From the human T2T-CHM13v2.0 reference genome, Homo sapiens, in assembly GCF_009914755.1 (NCBI RefSeq), contig NC_060932.1: a stretch of 64,000 nt of DNA; one strand, written 5' to 3'. Below the pieces are notes generated by a model. The model saw only the letters and a list, made by a program, of their open reading frames with translations. It had not been told where the DNA came from and ran no database searches. A program made the translations under genes and the position numbers. Positions 1-16,400 of this stretch are shown piece by piece; position 1 is the first letter of the stretch; the number at the start of each line of letters is the position of its first letter.

Positions 1-407
<407 letters not shown>

Positions 408-409
408 AT

Positions 410-2300
<1,891 letters not shown>

Positions 2301-5300
2301 ACATAGAATAAAATATTTTTTACTGGGTGCTGAAATAGTTAAATAATTGAGAAGAAGAGATTCCCAAGAAGGTCCAAATTTCTGGGAAATCTCTGAAAGT
2401 GGATGAAGCAAGGTTGAGTCCATATAATCTGACACAATAGAATCACACTGGTAGGGGAATTTCCCATTTATAAGCCACTCACAGATGTCATGTAAATGAT
2501 CACAACAAATTCATTCATTTAGGGCTATCTGGCATAATGTTTTCTCCATAGCTGCAAAACTTTAGATAAGTTCTTATTTTTATGGATAACAAACCTCCGA
2601 AATACTTAAGAGTATTGAAAATCAGTGTTTTCCCCTGCACAGCCTTTCTTTTCTTCCTTTATAGGGAATGTGCTCTCCCAGTTTCTTTGCCTCTTTCTTA
2701 CCATTTCTGAAAGGATCCTGCCATTTCAACCTTAAGGAATTTACTTTTATTAAATAAGAAACTGGGGTCCTTTTCCTTGTCTTCCTTGTGTGTTTAGTTG
2801 ACCAGTAAAACTCTTCAATACAAATATTATTCCTCTTTCTCAGGGTTTTTTGTTTTTATTTTTGGTTTTGTTTAACAGAAGCCTTTCAAGCTTTTTAATC
2901 TTGAAAAGATCTCAGATAAACCAGAAATTGGTGTAATACCTGGGATAAGTGGCCCCCAAAGGGAGACTTAGCCAGTCTTAAAGCAAATTAAATCTATCTC
3001 TTTATCTATATCTACATCTATTTTTTTTTCATATGGGCCTAAATAGTACAAATAAATTGGGTTTACATTTTGCATACTAACTATAGAATTAAACATCTTC
3101 TTTAGAAATAAATCAGTGTTAGAGTTATGCTGTGTTATTGTCAAAATCTAAGCAGGAAGAATTTTTAAAGTTTTTAAAGGACCTAAACATTAAGATATTA
3201 GAAACTGTATACAGTTCTTCTTAATTACCAAATAACTAAAATGGTTATTTTCTCTAATAAATAAATTCCTTTGTAAGTGATAGGCCAATATTAGAGTACT
3301 TTGCTAATACATCAAAAATATATGAAGTTGATAATATAAAAACTACCTTGAAGCCCAATTTTAAATAAATAATATGTACATAAAGAGGTGATACAAAAAG
3401 AAAGCAGAAACAAATGTTATGAATTACCCATTAAAATGTTACCTTTTTAAAGTACACTTTTCATATACTAACTCCAAGTTTAATATAATATTCCATTTTT
3501 GTGAGGAGAATAAAGGAATCTCTTCCATATGTGTGTAAAATATATGCACTAAATTACATCTTGGACAGGATTTCCTTAATATTAGAGTAGCATCATGATA
3601 ATAAATTATCTAGTATTTATGTATAATGAAGCTTATTTCCTAAAATTATCAAAGAAATTATATTGATTGTTTGTAGACTAAAAAATGACAAGAAAATAAT
3701 TCTTATACATGACATTAATACTTTGGTCAGTAAGTTAATATTTTGCATCCATGATGAAGAGAAAATTCTAGAACCAGATTCCAGTCTCATCTACTGCATT
3801 CTGCAGCACACAACTAGGTATAACAGTACAGTGCCAGATTTTCCTTTCTCCTCCAGAAATGAATCTACTCCATCATCAATCAGTTCATTCAACACACATT
3901 GGAACGATTTATACTACATACTGCAATGAATGTTGTTATGTAAAGTGAATTTAGATATAGTCCATGACCCCTGAATCTTGCAATCTAATAAATTACATCC
4001 ATATTGTGAATCCATTGTCCAGTGTGTCATACTGGACAATCGAGAGGAGAATTACCTCAAAACTCAACTCAAATTTCCTGCCAATCACCTAGTTGCCTTA
4101 AAGTTACTTGGTACTTACCTTCTTTATGAAAATAATCATGTCAAGCTCTACTATTTCCCATTATAAATTAGAGAAGTGAGTATTAAAGAGGTTAGGAAAA
4201 TTAGCAAAGGATAAAATACCAGTAAGAAAAGATCCAGGATTAGAAAACAGGTCTTTATGGTAAAAATAACATCATCAAATGCCACAAAATATTAGCTGCT
4301 TGTAAACACTAGGAACACATGTTACAGAATCTTCTGTCATATCTTCCCCTTCTGTTTCTCCCAAAAACAAGCCTACTCCTTATCAGGGCTCCTAGCCTAA
4401 AACTACTACTAATTCCAAATCCCAGCCAGAGCTTCCATTATCACACATATGCTTAACCCAGGCAGGGAGCAGAGTCAGCTGCACATGATTTTTCAAAAAA
4501 TAAACTCAATTTAGTATTGCATTTCAGAAACCTAAAGATGCAAGGGCCAACAATGGTTTAGAGCTGTACCCTTTACCACAGCAAAGAATCTGTGATCACA
4601 AAAGACTAGCAAATCTTATTAAAAATTTGTAAATATCAATAGACTGTCCCCCAAAATACACATAACCCTAAAATGCTCTATCTCCACTTGTAGCCAAAGA
4701 GATTTCAAACCACAGAGATGGGATTGAATTTTCCTTGAACAGTCTGTTTACACAGGAAAAATTTATTCAAGACATGGAACTGCTCTTGGCACCTGACTGA
4801 GACGCAGAAATATTTCCTCCTTGCTCTAATCATGTACGGCATTTCACACATGGATGCTCATCCAATCACACAGCATGCCAGATCTCTCAGAATCCTTTGG
4901 AATGCTAAAAACCCTATGTGTGTATATATAAGTCCAGCGAGTTGGGATAGGAAAGGTCCCTTAATGCAGAGTAGTAAATCTACACAGGACTGAGTAAAAT
5001 GTTTTATCAGCTGGGATTTCCCTACACAATCTTTTCTACCATTTATATAGCAGTACAGATGCAGAAAACTCAAAAATATTAATATCTGGGCAAAACATCT
5101 TCAATGTAGTTCTAAAATTAATATTGATTATGGCACAAGAAAAATAGAGAATGGGGAATGTTACGCTCTGGCATCATTTATTTTCCAAAACCATGTTTTC
5201 AGTACGATAAATCCTTACACAATTTCAAAAATAACTCTGTAAGCTTTTTAATACACATAAGATGAAAGTTGTAACTGAGATAAAACATAATATTTAGTAA

Positions 5301-6455
5301 ATACTTTATAATATTTTATTGACAGTGCATTTATTTAAACATTATTTGTCTGTACCCAAACGTCTTAGGGATTATATGTCCTCTTAGCTCCTATGAGAGG
5401 TAGATTGATAAAAAGCATTTATTAATTCAAGACTTATTACATGTGAAATGTATTAAATATAGCCCTCACCTCGGAAGGAGCAGGATAAATGTAATCCTCT
5501 CTGCATCTGTGGGTGCATTACTCTGCAGTTATTCTGTAAATCATCTGTAATAGTGAATACCTCATTCATAGGGTTTTGCATTATGCATAGTTTGCCCCCT
5601 GAAGGCATTCCACACAAACAGAAGCCATTTCCCATGAAAATATTTTATCCTTTAAAGTACAATAGCACTTAATAATATGGGGAATTTTAACTATATAAGC
5701 TATAAAAATCTTCACAATCTGCCAGCAGTTACGTCCTCATTGATGTATTCGTTTCCTTACTTTCTAGGGTCACCTGGGTTAACACAACCACTTAGATAAA
5801 AATATTACACAGTAGCTGATGGATGGCACTTCCCATTAAAGATGTTACCGAAAGTAAGAAGTATTTAAGGTATACCCCATTCACCATAGCAGCTCATATA
5901 AAATGTTAGTACAAGCTGACTAAGAACTGCTCACCTCTAAGAACTCACATAATCAAAAGCATTCTTTTGAGATACATTTCTTTTGGACATAAACCTTTGT
6001 TCCTTAAAATCATTGGTATTCTTCACAATATCAAATATGCTAAAACTGATCAAATATAAATGAAGTTAGAATAATAAATAGCATTCTTACTGACTGAGAT
6101 GAAAGAATATGTATGGCTGACTATCAGAAATACATATAATCAGTGATTATAATGGTAGATTTATGGGTCTTCCTTTTGTCAAAGCCGTTCTGCATGACAA
6201 CTTGGTTTTCTCTTGAATTTTAAAATTTGGTTTTATGACTGAAGACAAGGATACATAGTATTGGTATTACAATCCCTCTGGTATAGATTTTGCTTTCATA
6301 ATTTTGCTCGTTCTTCATGAAATTTACCTGATTCCCTTTATTGACAGGTTCTCAGCATGTTTTCCATCTGGATTTTTAATCTGGGTAATGATCTAGTTCT
6401 ATTTCTCTAGACTCTGCCCCACATTTCTTCTTTGTCACGTCTAGTTTATATAGAC

Positions 6456-6670
6456 CAGGTATTCTCAACAAAGGACAATTTTCCTTTCCAAGGGATATTT
6501 GGCAGTGTCTGGATATAATTTTCATTGCTACAACTGGCAGGGTGTTATTGACGTCTAGTGGATGGAGGACAGGGATGCTGTTAAGTATCCTACAATAAAC
6601 AGGACAGCCTCTCACAATAAAAATTATTCCAGCAAAAATATGTCAATAGTGCCAAGGTTGAGAAACCCAG
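6456..6670 (+). mobile_element. MER20 (hAT-Charlie non-autonomous DNA transposon), full length
   Basis: CAGGTATTCTCAAC...GGATATTTGGCAGTGTCTGG...GGGATGCTGTTAAGTATCCTACAAT...GTCAATAGTGCCAAGGTTGAGAAACCCAG; TIR-like ends. Confidence 0.92.
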
Positions 6671-6844
6671 ATTTATACTTAAATTTTCCCATTTCCCTTC
6701 TAAAATGGCTGCTAATTAGAAGCATGTTTGTACTATGAAGATCAGAGGAGAAGGGAGGAATAATGCACATTCTTTTCAGATTATTAAAACCCAGCATAAT
6801 GTGGAAAGTCATACTTTATAAGAAGGTATATCTTTTGTTAATGC

Positions 6845-7480
6845 AATTTTTATTGACATTAAGATACATAAGGAAAAATACACAAACCATAAATACGCAG
6901 CTCAAAAAAAATTCCATAATAAACACATTTAGATAGCCAGTACCCAAGTCAAGGAACAGAATGCTACCAGGACCAGTGTAGTGTCCTTCTAATTTTGAAT
7001 ATTCAGCCCTATACTTCCTTCTGAGTTATTGACTTATATATCCAACTACCTATAGCCTTTTTACTAATTTTAATGGGTACTCGAAGAGGAAATACATGTT
7101 TCTTTAGCACCATCTTAAGTCAGAATTTTTTTTCAGTAAAGTTGAGGATTGATTAGATAGAAATAGGGTGACAACAGGAGAACATTAGGTTAAAAAACTA
7201 TTACACCACCATTTTTTAAAAAAATATAACCTTACTGAAATGTATTTAATGTATTTACCATTTTTGTGTTGCCATAAATTGTACCATCATATAAAACTCA
7301 CATATATAAAGGTATATTGTACTGATTTAATTCTTAAAGATAAAAGCATTGTTGAATTTATCATTGTAATAGATATCAACAGATTTCCCTCCAAAAACAG
7401 CTATATTAATTCACATTTTCTACTGCAATATACAATCATACCTTTCCCTATATTCTCACCACCTACGTGATATTCCAAAA
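6845..7480 (-). mobile_element. Ancient L1M (L1ME-like) 3' fragments
   Basis: TTTTATTGACAT...CAGTACCCAAGTCAAGGAACAGAATGCTACCAG motif typical of L1ME 3' ends; patchy. Confidence 0.5.
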
Positions 7481-7778
7481 TACTATATAACATGCATACC
7501 ATGCCCAATTATATATACTGGATTTCAGTGATATGAGGTTAAGAAATATCCAGACCATATATAATATATAATATGTTGTTTTAAAAAATACAGGGCACAT
7601 ATTTGTATAGCTAAAGATATGATTACATAAGTATAGAGAAGGTTTGGGAGAATACATACCGACTTACTAAAATCAATTCATGAAGTAATAAGGGAAAAAA
7701 GGAAATTAGGCAGCGCAGGAGTAAGTGTTCTTAGCACTTTCAGAAATAACTGAAAGTCATTTAAATAAAAAAAATTCA

Positions 7779-8088
7779 GGTTGGGCATACTGGCTCACCC
7801 CTGTAATCCCAGCACTTTGGGAGGCTGAGATGGGTGAATCACATGAGGTCAGGAGTTCAAGATTGGCCTGGCTAACATGGAAACTCTGTCTCTACAAAAA
7901 CACAAAAATTAACCGGGCATGGTGGCGGGTGCTTGTAATCCCAGCTACTTGGGAGGCTGAGGCAGGGGAATTGCTTGAACCCAGGAGATAGAGGTTGCAG
8001 TGAACCAAGATCCTGCACTGCACTCCAGCCTGGGCAACAAGAGTGAAACTCCATCTCAAAAAATACATAAGTAAATAAAATTAAAAAC
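7779..8088 (+). mobile_element. AluS (Sq/Sp-like)
   Basis: Complete dimer, CAACAAGAGTGAAACTCCATCTC end, TSD AAAATTCA(G) on both sides. Confidence 0.95.
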
Positions 8089-9233
8089 AAAATTCAGCAA
8101 AAGTTGATCCATAGCAAGAAACGGATATCCCAACAGAAACTGAATGAAGTCTACAGATGAAGACCTGGAATTACTTTGGAACTCTCTCCTTAGACCCACT
8201 GGGTAAAGGTTGTTACAAGTTTCTTAGACAAGAGGAGTTGGAGGCTGATACAAGAAACCATACTCTGCCCTATACATTTAACTTTACATTAGTATGTATG
8301 TTACGCTGTTGTATACTCTCATTAAAAATATGCTCCATACAAAGTATTCAGTTGCAATTTTGTAACTTTAGCTCACTGAGATCACAGAAATTATGTCTCA
8401 GTTCTTTTAATATATTATTCTAATAGGATTCGTGTAGAAATACAAATATAGGGAGAGATCATGTAGGTCTGCATTCTCTACAGCATATTTGTACCCAACA
8501 CTAACTGGAAGTTGGAAAAAGTTATTTGATCAGATCTGTTTGGGAGCATTGGGCTAAGCAAAATTAAACAGATTGCTTCACCAGAGACTGCCAGTAGGCA
8601 ATATGTAATAAAAGTCCCTAAGGGAATATAAATGGAAACTTCCTGGTCTTATTTTGAAGAAATAGATAACAGGATATGCCTCTTTTGCTGACATAACAAG
8701 AATTTAAAGGTGAAGAATCAAGCCATGAGGGCATTGAGATGTGGCTTGCTGAAAAGCAGTAGCATTCCCTTAAAGAGTGGTATGAATTGTTTCTGGATAC
8801 TTACAGGAGCAGAGGATATAACAGGCAGTTTGTTTGCTCTCCTGGCTTCTCTCACCTGACAAATACTTTAATTCATGTTAGCTTCCAATACCACTGACCT
8901 AGATGTGCCAACTGAAGAAATCAGGAAATCAACAGAGATCTATTACTTCTCTGACACCTTTTCCTTCTATTTACCTTTTCCTTGTTTATTAGTTGCTTTT
9001 GGAGTAAACCAAAATAAAAACAAGAGGTTTGGGGCTTGCTAAAAAGTTCTCAGAGATTTCAATCACGCATCTCTGAGATTTTTGTGGATCACTTAGTTCA
9101 AACATAGAGATAATGCATGCAGCATTTTACACAATTGTTAGCCATTAGATTTGTTTATTGGCCATCTATCTCAAGTAATCAGTAGAGCACGCTGTGTGAA
9201 ATAATGCCAAAATGTCAAAGAATGTCTAAAAGA

Positions 9234-9655
<422 letters not shown>

Positions 9656-11154
9656 CTAACCTTCATAGGACATACTATTAATAGAAAGGGAGACATAGGA
9701 ATAGAGTTTATATGCTTGATTTGGAAAGAGCTAGGTCAGTAAAATAGTTCCTCATGTTTTAACAAATATAATTTACATATTACTGTAGAATATTTCTGGG
9801 TTTTTTCTTATTTTGAATAATTTCACCCACATATTATTATTCTGCTTTTGAATTTAGACCTGACATATTCAAATGAAACATATTTTTTACTTGCATCATA
9901 GTTAAACACCAATTAAAACATCACACAGTAATACCACATTTCCTTATTATTAGCATCGATTTTATGTTACTTGAAATTAGTTTATTAACCCAAATGTCAA
10001 ACTTCCCATTCAAATTTGAACATTAATTTCAGTCCTTTAGTCCATATACTGTAGTCATGCTTTTGTTTTTTACAAAAAATAAAATCGTTTTAATTTATTT
10101 AAACCTTAGTAACATCTATTTATAAGTGGGGCATGGAGGTTTTCTGAGATTTGGTGTTACTGACAGGTTAAAGTAAAACAAGAAAATGTTTTCTAAAAGT
10201 TACTGAATATACAAATGTATGCATGGTTATTAAAACCTATGGATGACAAGTTTAATATTTTTATGGCTGTATATTTTTGTCCATGAATTATTACATATAC
10301 AAAGATGGTGATTAAATCTCAATATTTGTTAATCACTCGAAATATGAGTAGAGTAAGACTGAGAAATCAGCACCACCTCTAGGTTTTATACATAGGAGTG
10401 GAAGCACATTCAAATTTGAATGGAACTCAAGGGCCTTAGCTAATTAACACAAATCAGTCCTTGAAAACCAATATAATGAGTCCCTCCTATGATGTCTTAA
10501 CTTAAAATAGAAACTTAATTTTAAGAAGAAAATTATTTTGTCTGTTAAAGTGTCTAATCAGGTCAGAATCCCTGGGATCAAGCATTCTTTAAGCATTCTT
10601 CTTGAAGCAGAAGGCACACATTACAGATCACTGTCTGATTGCCTTGATGTATTTGCCTATCAAAGAAGATTGTTTTGGCTTCAAGAAGACTCAAACTATT
10701 ATGGAAAGATATGTATATTTATACAGCTGCTACATATCAAGATCAAACTCAAATCCCTATCAACATGAATGTTTTTCAAGATTTGTATAACTTCATGTTA
10801 TCAATTTCTTTAAGTTAATTCATTTTATTTTAGAAGTATTTATTGAAAACTGACTGTTTGCCTGGTCTTTTGCTGGGCGTTCGGTGGTAAGTCCTGACTT
10901 CTCTAAGCTCACCCCATGGAGATAGCTGATGAGACAAATGTAAAAGTTTAAAAATTATAAAACGTTTAAAATAAATATATAATGGCACATTGTAATAAGT
11001 GACAGTAAATACATGTATAGGAAATATTAGATGAATAATGAAATAATCAAATGGGAGTCTCTTCTATTCTAAACAATTTTGGCTACCTTCCTGAGTGGTA
11101 ATATTTAAACTAAAATATAAAATATGAAGAAAGAATGAGTATTTTAAGGGATAT

Positions 11155-11397
11155 ACATGTTCTTACTCATAAGTGAGAGCTAAATAAGAACAAATAAACA
11201 CAAGAGGGAAACAACAGATGCTGGAGCCTACTCGAGGGAGAAGGATGGAGTAGATAGAGAATAAGAGTACCTGACAACTATCAACTACCATGCTTAGTAT
11301 CTGTGTGACTAAATAACCTGTACACCAAACCACTATGACATGAGATTACCTATATAACGAACCTGTACATGTGCCCCAGAACCTTAAATAAAAATAA
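11155..11397 (+). mobile_element. L1 3' UTR fragment (old L1PA/L1PB type)
   Basis: CATGTTCTTACTCATAAGTGAGAGCTAA...ACCTGTACACCAAACC...AACCTGTACATGTGCCCCAGAACCTTAAATAAAA. Confidence 0.85.
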
Positions 11398-11398
11398 C

Positions 11399-11697
<299 letters not shown>

Positions 11698-12311
11698 TTA
11701 CAAAAAAAGTATTGATTCTGTAGTTAGGATCTATTCCATGATTTAAGGTAGCTTTATTTTGAAAAAAATTAACCAGATCAGTAAAGCTTATATTTTGAAA
11801 AGAGCATAACAGGGTACCTGATCTTTCAAATATTAAAAAATATAGTCATTGAACAACATAAACAAATATTTTGATCAATGATATATTATCGCAAGGACAG
11901 AATTCTAGTGTTTGAAATAATTTAACATTATTTGCAGGAATTACTTATCAATAGGGAATGAATGTGTGATAAGATAAATTGCACTAAAAAATTAACTCAT
12001 TATTAATAATTTATATCTCAACTTCACAGCATACACTTAAATAAATAATAAGTGAAGTTTCTTAAATAGATAAGTTTAGAGCTTAAAGTCTTAAAATTTT
12101 TTTAAAACATTATTTATATATTAACCTATCAGTTGACAAGAAATATTTGTCACAAATACAATGTAAGACATTGTAAAAAATTTTTGCTATAGTTGAAAAC
12201 ATAAAAATTCCAAACCATAACCTGAAGAATAGCTGTTTATATTCATGAATGAGAAATGATAATGTCTTTAATATTCAAAGAGTTTATGCAAGAAGCATCA
12301 TAGATTAAAAT

Positions 12312-12520
12312 TTCAGAGCTCTGATTTAAGAAGAGACAAGTTTGAATCTCAGCTTCACTGCATATTAGCCATTTAACCATACGCAAGTTACTTGAACTCT
12401 TTAAATATTAATGGCTTATATATAATGTAGAAATAATTATAGTATCAGCTTGTTAGGTTTGTTAGAAAGATCAAATAAGGTAATGTAGTGCTTGGCATAT
12501 TTTAAGTATTCAGCTGTTAT
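12312..12520 (+). mobile_element. MIR SINE
   Basis: GTTTGAATCTCAGCTTCACTG..ATTAGC...GCAAGTTACTTGAACTCT...ATAGTATC..GTTGTTAG..GATCAAATAAGGTAATGTA core. Confidence 0.7.
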
Positions 12521-13255
12521 TGATAGTATCACCATTGCTCTTGTTATAATTATAAATCAGTATAAATGTTCATCATATTAGTAAAAGCATGAATATAATA
12601 TGCCATGTTCCTTGTCAAAGTAGTTTAGGTATAGAAATAAAAAAATTAAGAGAGAAAATATATATAAGGTAGCATGTTAATTATTGTGGCTTGATTTTAG
12701 TGATTATTTCATAATTGATATATAAAAATAGATTATAACATCAAGTTATATATCTTAAATATATATAATTCATATTTGTCAATTATACTTAAATAAAGAT
12801 GAAAAACAGTCCAAAGATAAGAAGTAAATATATATCCTGTTGTTGGTAAGAAATAAATTGCTTCAAGTTTCTTGTAAATAGTTCGGTTAATAACCTGAAA
12901 ATATTAATGTCCTTTCTCCCAATGATATGACTTCTAATGCACTTTAAAAAAATCTAATCTGATTCCTTCTTATAGAGCCTCTTATTTGGTTTGCCTGTCT
13001 TTTTTCCATCAATACATATCATTTCCTTGTTTTAAAATATTTGTTGTGTTTGTCTTTATTTCTGGTGACTTTTTCAAGTCTGCTTTTACTATGCTAATTT
13101 AATTTCTATATTTTAAATGTTTCCATTATGACTTTAATAATTTAATTCAGTCCATAATTTTCCTCTTTAATATTTTCCTCAACACTTTATCTTATCTTTC
13201 ATTTACACTGTGTATTTCATCTGATTCACTTACTTTATCAACAGTTTATTTTATT

Positions 13256-13425
13256 TTTCCCTCCCTCTTTCCTTTTCTTTCTCTTTCCTTCCCTTCCTCC
13301 CCTTTCTCCTTCCTTCCTTCCTTCCTGTTTCCATTTCTTCCTCTTTCCTTCCCTTGCTCTCCTTTCCCCTTCCTTCCTTCCTTTGTTTCTTCTTTCCTTC
13401 CTTCCTCCTTCCCTTTCTTCCTTTC
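13256..13425. repeat. CT-rich (TTCC)n-type low-complexity tract
   Basis: Direct reading: degenerate TTCC/CTTC repeats. Confidence 0.95.
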
Positions 13426-13444
13426 AATATAATGCAGATATATA

Positions 13445-16400
13445 GTTGGTTTTCTATTCCTGAGTTAGTTTGTTAAGGATAATAGCCTCCAGCTTCACCC
13501 ATGTTCCTGCAAAAGGACATGATCTTGTTCCTTTCTCTATCTCCTTTAGTTCAGCTCTGATTCTGGTTATTTCTTGTCTTCTGGTAGCTTTGGGGTTGGT
13601 TAACTCTTGCTTGTCTATTTCTTCTAGTTGTGATGCTAGGTTGTTAATTTGAAATCTTTCTAGCTTTTTCATGTGGGCATTTAGTGTTATAAATTTTCCT
13701 CTTAACATTGTCTGAGCTGTGTCCCAGAGATTCTGGTATAATGTATCTTTGGTGTTATTAGTTTCAGCGAACTTTTTGATTTCTGCTTTAATTTTATTTA
13801 TTTATCCTTTTTATGGCTGCATAGTATTCCATGGTGTGTATTTACTACATTTCTTTTTCCAGTCTACTTTTGATGGGCATTTACATTAATTCCATGTGTC
13901 TTTGCTATTGTGAACAGTGCTGCAATGAACATATGCATGCATGTGTCTTTATGGCAGAACAATTTATATTCCTTTGGATATATACCCAGTAATAGGATTG
14001 CTGGGTGGCATGTAGTTCTGCTTTTCGCTCTGAGAAATCGCCTTCCAGAACACTGCTTTCCGTAATGACTGAACTAATGCACACTCCCACTAGCAGTGTA
14101 TAAGCATTCCCTTTTCACTGCAATCTAGCCAGTATCTGTTACTTTTTTACTTTTTAATGGTAGCCATTCTGACTGGTGTGAGATGATAATCTCATTATGC
14201 TCTTGACTTGCATTTCTCTAATAATTAGTGATGTTGAGCATTTTGTCATATGCTTGTTAGCCGCATCTGTATCTTCTTTTGGAAAATTCTGTTCATGTCC
14301 TTTGCCCACTTTTTAATGGGGTTGTTTGGTTTTTGCTTGTTAATTTGTTTAAGTGTCTTATAGATTCTCAATACCAGACCTTTGTTAAATGCATAGTTTG
14401 CAAATATTTTATCCCATTCTGTAAGTTGTCCTTTTACTCAGTTGGTAGTTCCTTTTGTTTTGCAGAAGCTCTTTAGTTTAATTAGGTGCCATTTGCCAAT
14501 TTTTGCTTTTCTTGCAATCACTTTTGTAGACTTTGTCATGTAATCTTTGCCAACTCCTAAGTCCAAAATGGTATTTCCTAGCTTATCTTCCAGGAATTTT
14601 ATACTTTTGCATTTTACACTTTAGTCTTTAACCCATCTTGAGTTAATTTTTGTATTTGGTGTAAGGAATCCGGTTTCAATTTATCCTTTCCTGTTGCTTG
14701 TTTTTGTCAGCTTTGTTGAATATCAGATGGCTGTAAGTGTGTTGCATTATTTCTGGGCTGTCTATTCTCTTCCATTGGGATATGCATCTATTTTTGTACC
14801 AATACCATGTTGTTTTTGTTACTGTAGTCCTGTAGTATAGTTTGAATTCAGGTAATGTGATGCCTCCAGCTTTGTTCTTTTTACTTAGTATTGCCTTGGC
14901 TATTCAGACTCTTTTTTTTGTTCCATATGAATTTTAAAATAGTTTTTCTGGTTCTCTGAAAAATGTCATTGATAGTTTAATAGGAATGGCAATAAAAATA
15001 CAAATTGCTTTGGGCATTGTGGCCAATTTAACTATATTGTATTTCCTATCCATGAGCATTAAATATTTTTCCATTTGGTTATGTCATTTCTGAAATCTTT
15101 GAGCAGCATTTTGTAATTCTCATTTTAGAGGTCTTTCACCTCCCTGGTTAGCTGTATTCCTACATATTTCATTCTTTTTATGGCCATTGTGAATGAGATT
15201 ATGTTACTGATTTGGCTCTCAGCATGAATGTTGTTGGTGTATAGGAATACTACTAATTTTTGTACATTGATTTTATATCCTGAAACTTTGCTGATGTTCT
15301 TTATTAACTGAAAGGGCTTTTGGTCAGAGGCTATGGGGTTTTCTAGATATAGAATTAAGTCATCTGCAAACTGGGATAGTTTGACTGTCTCTCTTCCTAT
15401 TTGTATGCCATTTATTTATTTCTCTTGGCCAACTGCTCTGGCCGGGACTACCAATACTATGTTGAATAGGAGTGGTAAGAGAGGGAGGGCATACTTGATT
15501 TTTGTTGGTTTTCAAGGGAAATGTTGCCAGCTTTTGTCCATTCAGTATGATGTTGGCTGTGGGTTTGTCATAAAAGGATCTTATTATTTTGAAGTATGTT
15601 TCTTCATTAACTAATTTTTTGAATGTTCTTAATATGAAAGGATGTTATATTTTATTGAAATCCTTTTCTGCATCTATTGAGATACTCGTGTGGTTTTTGT
15701 CTTTAGTTATGTTTAGGTGATGAATCACATTTATTTGATTTGTATATGTTGAACCAACCTTGAGGCTCAGGGATAAAGCCTACTTGATGAGGTAGTTTCA
15801 CTTTTTGAAGTACTGCTGGATTTGGTTTGCTGGTATATTTTTGAGTATTTTTGCGTCAATGATCATCAAGGATATTCATCTGGAGTTTTATTTTTGTGTG
15901 TGTGTCTCTGCCAGGTTTTGTTATTAGGACGATTCTGGACTCATACAATGAGTTGAGAAGGAGTCCCTCCTCCTCAATTTTTGGGAAAGTTTCAGTAGGA
16001 ATGACACCAGCTCTTCTTTGTACACCTGGTAGAATTCAGCTGTGAAACCATCTGGTCCTCGGGTTTTTGTCTTTTGTAAGCACTAATTCAATGTCAGAAC
16101 TCATTATCGGTCTATTCAGGGATTCGATTTCTTCCTGGTTCAGTCTTGGGAGGGTGTATATGTCCAGAAATTTATCATCCATCTCCTCTAGATTTTCTGG
16201 CTTTTGTCCATATAGGGGTTTACAGCAGTCTCTAATGGTTATTTGTATTTCTCTGGGGTTAGTGGTAACATCTGTATTGTCATTTCTTATTGTGTTTATT
16301 TTAATATTCTCTCTTCTTTATTAGTCTAGCCAGCAGTCCATCTATCTTATTAATTTTTCCAATAACCAACTCCTGTATTTGTTAATCTTTTGAATGGTTT

